Below, piece after piece: positions 61,967 through 64,000 of a DNA stretch of 64,000 nucleotides. Each line of letters starts with the position of its first letter. Position 1 is the first letter of the stretch. The notes beneath the pieces were generated by a model. It was not told where the DNA came from and did not search any database. It saw only the letters and a program-made list of their open reading frames with translations. The position numbers were made by a program, and so were the translations under genes. The stretch covers positions 159,866-223,865 of the IMG/VR virus record IMGVR_UViG_3300028862_000012, one strand, 5' to 3'.

Positions 61967-63999
61967 CTAATCATCATCTTCATCATCGCTATTCTCATAC
62001 TCTTCTATCTCTTTCTTACTAACCCCTAATGGTTTTAATACATCATCTATGGTAGGCATAGTATCATCCGTATCATCATAAAAATCTTCTACTAAGTTTT
62101 CCCAAAATGGATCATCTTGATAGGTTAAGTTCAAGATAATACGTATTGCTTGTTTACGAGTTAATTTTTTCATATGCTCCCTTTATTTTCTATGCAAGTA
62201 TCTATATCAACTAACAAAGTACTATATACACTTGAATTTCTTTGTAGTGCTTTTTTTACAGTGATCATTTGTTTGAAACTTGAATCATTAGGTAATTTAA
62301 ATTGTTCAAGCAACCTTATTAAATAATCTACACTTGAGTTATAACGCGCTATAGCTAAGTTTGTTTTTTCTATAGCTGGATTAATAGTAATTTTTGATTC
62401 CTTACTAATATGTATCATAGAACATGCTCTATTATTTAATGCATCATCAACAAATGGTAAAAATATTCCTATATATTCATAATTTTTAAAATTTCTTATT
62501 AAATATATTTTATAAAAAAATGAAATAAAAAGTATACGAGTATTTTTATCTAATGAAACAAGATTATCTAATATATCTATACCCTCTATCGGATATACTT
62601 GCGCACTATAATCACGATTTTTATAAGTATCTCTACTAGCAGTCATAAAAAAATGGGGTATAGGTAAAACATCAAATACTTTATGAAATAAATCTAAATA
62701 ATCACTTTGATCAAAAGCATAAAATAACTTACTATAAATAGATTTTTCATATTTTGCTTCACTACCGCTTTCTATATATCGCTTTATATTATTAGCTAGA
62801 GTTTCAACATCAAGATGAGGGTCATTATTATATTTCATTTATTCCGGCTCTATAATGTTTGAATCATTTTTATTAAACCATTCATCTATTTGTTTTTTTG
62901 TAGTAGCACCTTGATTAAGCAGATGATCGTCATCATAATCAGGTATAGTTTTTGATACACTGCTTATAACATTTACAATTAAGTATCGATTGTTTTCTAT
63001 ACATTCTTTAACATCTTCTATACTCATGTCTTCTTGATTGAGTACCAGTAGTTCTATTTTATGTGCGGTCATTGATTATCCTTTATAATAGAAGATCTAT
63101 CTATAATGGAAGTACTGTCACCCTTGCTCCAACCATTTATTAGTCTTTCATTTTCTTCTGCTTCTTTTACCTTTCTAATAGCTTCTTCCATACATGAATC
63201 ATAAATTCCTTCTTCTTTCAGAAAGTCATCAAAGCTACTACCAATGCCATTGTGTTTTTCTTTTTTCATTCTTTACCTCTCTATCGTTTATTTTAAGCAT
63301 AGTATTTACCCAAAGCCAAAAAGCTTTATCATTCTCATTTTCTTTAGTGTAATGTAGCTCTGGAGTAAATATGCCATCACAAAAAGTTATTAAACTGTTA
63401 CTGTCTTGATAATATCCTGTACTCATTTCTTTTTATCTCCATAAAATAGATAGATGGCGCAACCATATTCTAAAGCTATGCCTATTCCAGATACTATTCC
63501 CATTATAATTATTTTTAGAATAAAAGCAAGTAATACTGATATACCTGCTATTACTCCAAATAATATCATCAAATATCCTACTACATCACTTTTAGTAAAT
63601 TTTTTATAGCAAATATCAGGTAAACAGTATATGCGCTTATTATTTTTCTTAATCATTTTCATACCTTGTTACTAACTTTTGTAATCTTTCAATTTCTTTT
63701 TTCAATAAGATGTTTTCCTCTTCTGCTTTCAACCGCATAGCATGAGGGCCTGTTTTAAACTCTTTAACAAAAGCAAACTCTATCTTTTGTCCACCTATTA
63801 TAAATTCACCAACTAAATAATTTTTTATTGCTTCGTGCTTGCTAAAGCTTTTCTGTATTGCGGTTGTTACTGCATACAACCATGTTTTTAAATCTTCATC
63901 AGCTATATCTCCATAAGCACTGGTAATACCATCGGCATAATCTACATGAAAATATTTCAAGAATGCTTTCTGTAATTCTTTTTGTTTATTTTTAATCAT
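61967..63999 (-). other. Cluster of hypothetical ORFs running off the window end
   Basis: ORF track; 63069..63269 carries IGSSFDDFLKEEG. Confidence 0.65.
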
Positions 64000-64000
64000 A

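Noticed and set aside
63069-63269. Toxin-antitoxin module (IGSSFDDFLKEEG resembles the N-terminus of XRE antitoxins)
   Set aside because: No HTH follows and no adjacent toxin-like ORF.
1-64000. Stop-codon reassignment (alternative genetic code)
   Set aside because: Long conserved genes (terminase, RecA, Cca, ThyX) are intact in code 11; TAA, TAG and TGA all end genes; the three in-frame interruptions use three different stops.

Overview
A 64 kb AT-rich segment of a large tailed dsDNA phage genome (standard genetic code, no integrase seen, host not determinable). Recognisable genes include a terminase large subunit, two tail fibre/spike-like proteins, RecA, a DnaX-like clamp loader, a 5'-3' exonuclease, ThyX, a CCA-adding enzyme, a DNA methyltransferase, an MBL-fold hydrolase, a metallophosphoesterase, a PRTase, a GNAT, three Zn-peptidase-like proteins and a free-standing endonuclease, among roughly 100 small hypothetical ORFs. 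Genes run mostly on + up to ~24.5 kb and mostly on - afterwards. Four things stand out. (1) A GC-richer, array-less type IV-B CRISPR-Cas effector operon (csf1-cas11-csf2-csf3-orf-cysH) ends in a 59-bp attC-like site and appears to be the first of two integron-type gene cassettes. (2) Three Cas12a (type V-A) repeat handles occur with no cas12a gene: a two-repeat mini-array with its own promoter in the leader of an SprT-like gene, and one handle inside the first ORF. (3) A ~105-nt RNA gene looks like the tRNA-like domain of tmRNA without the mRNA-like domain. (4) A repeated TAACTATT motif has T4-late-promoter geometry and several genes look leaderless. At least seven ORFs are broken by single extra homopolymer bases or in-frame stops, which could be sequencing error or real decay. 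All calls come from reading motifs by eye; no database search was run.
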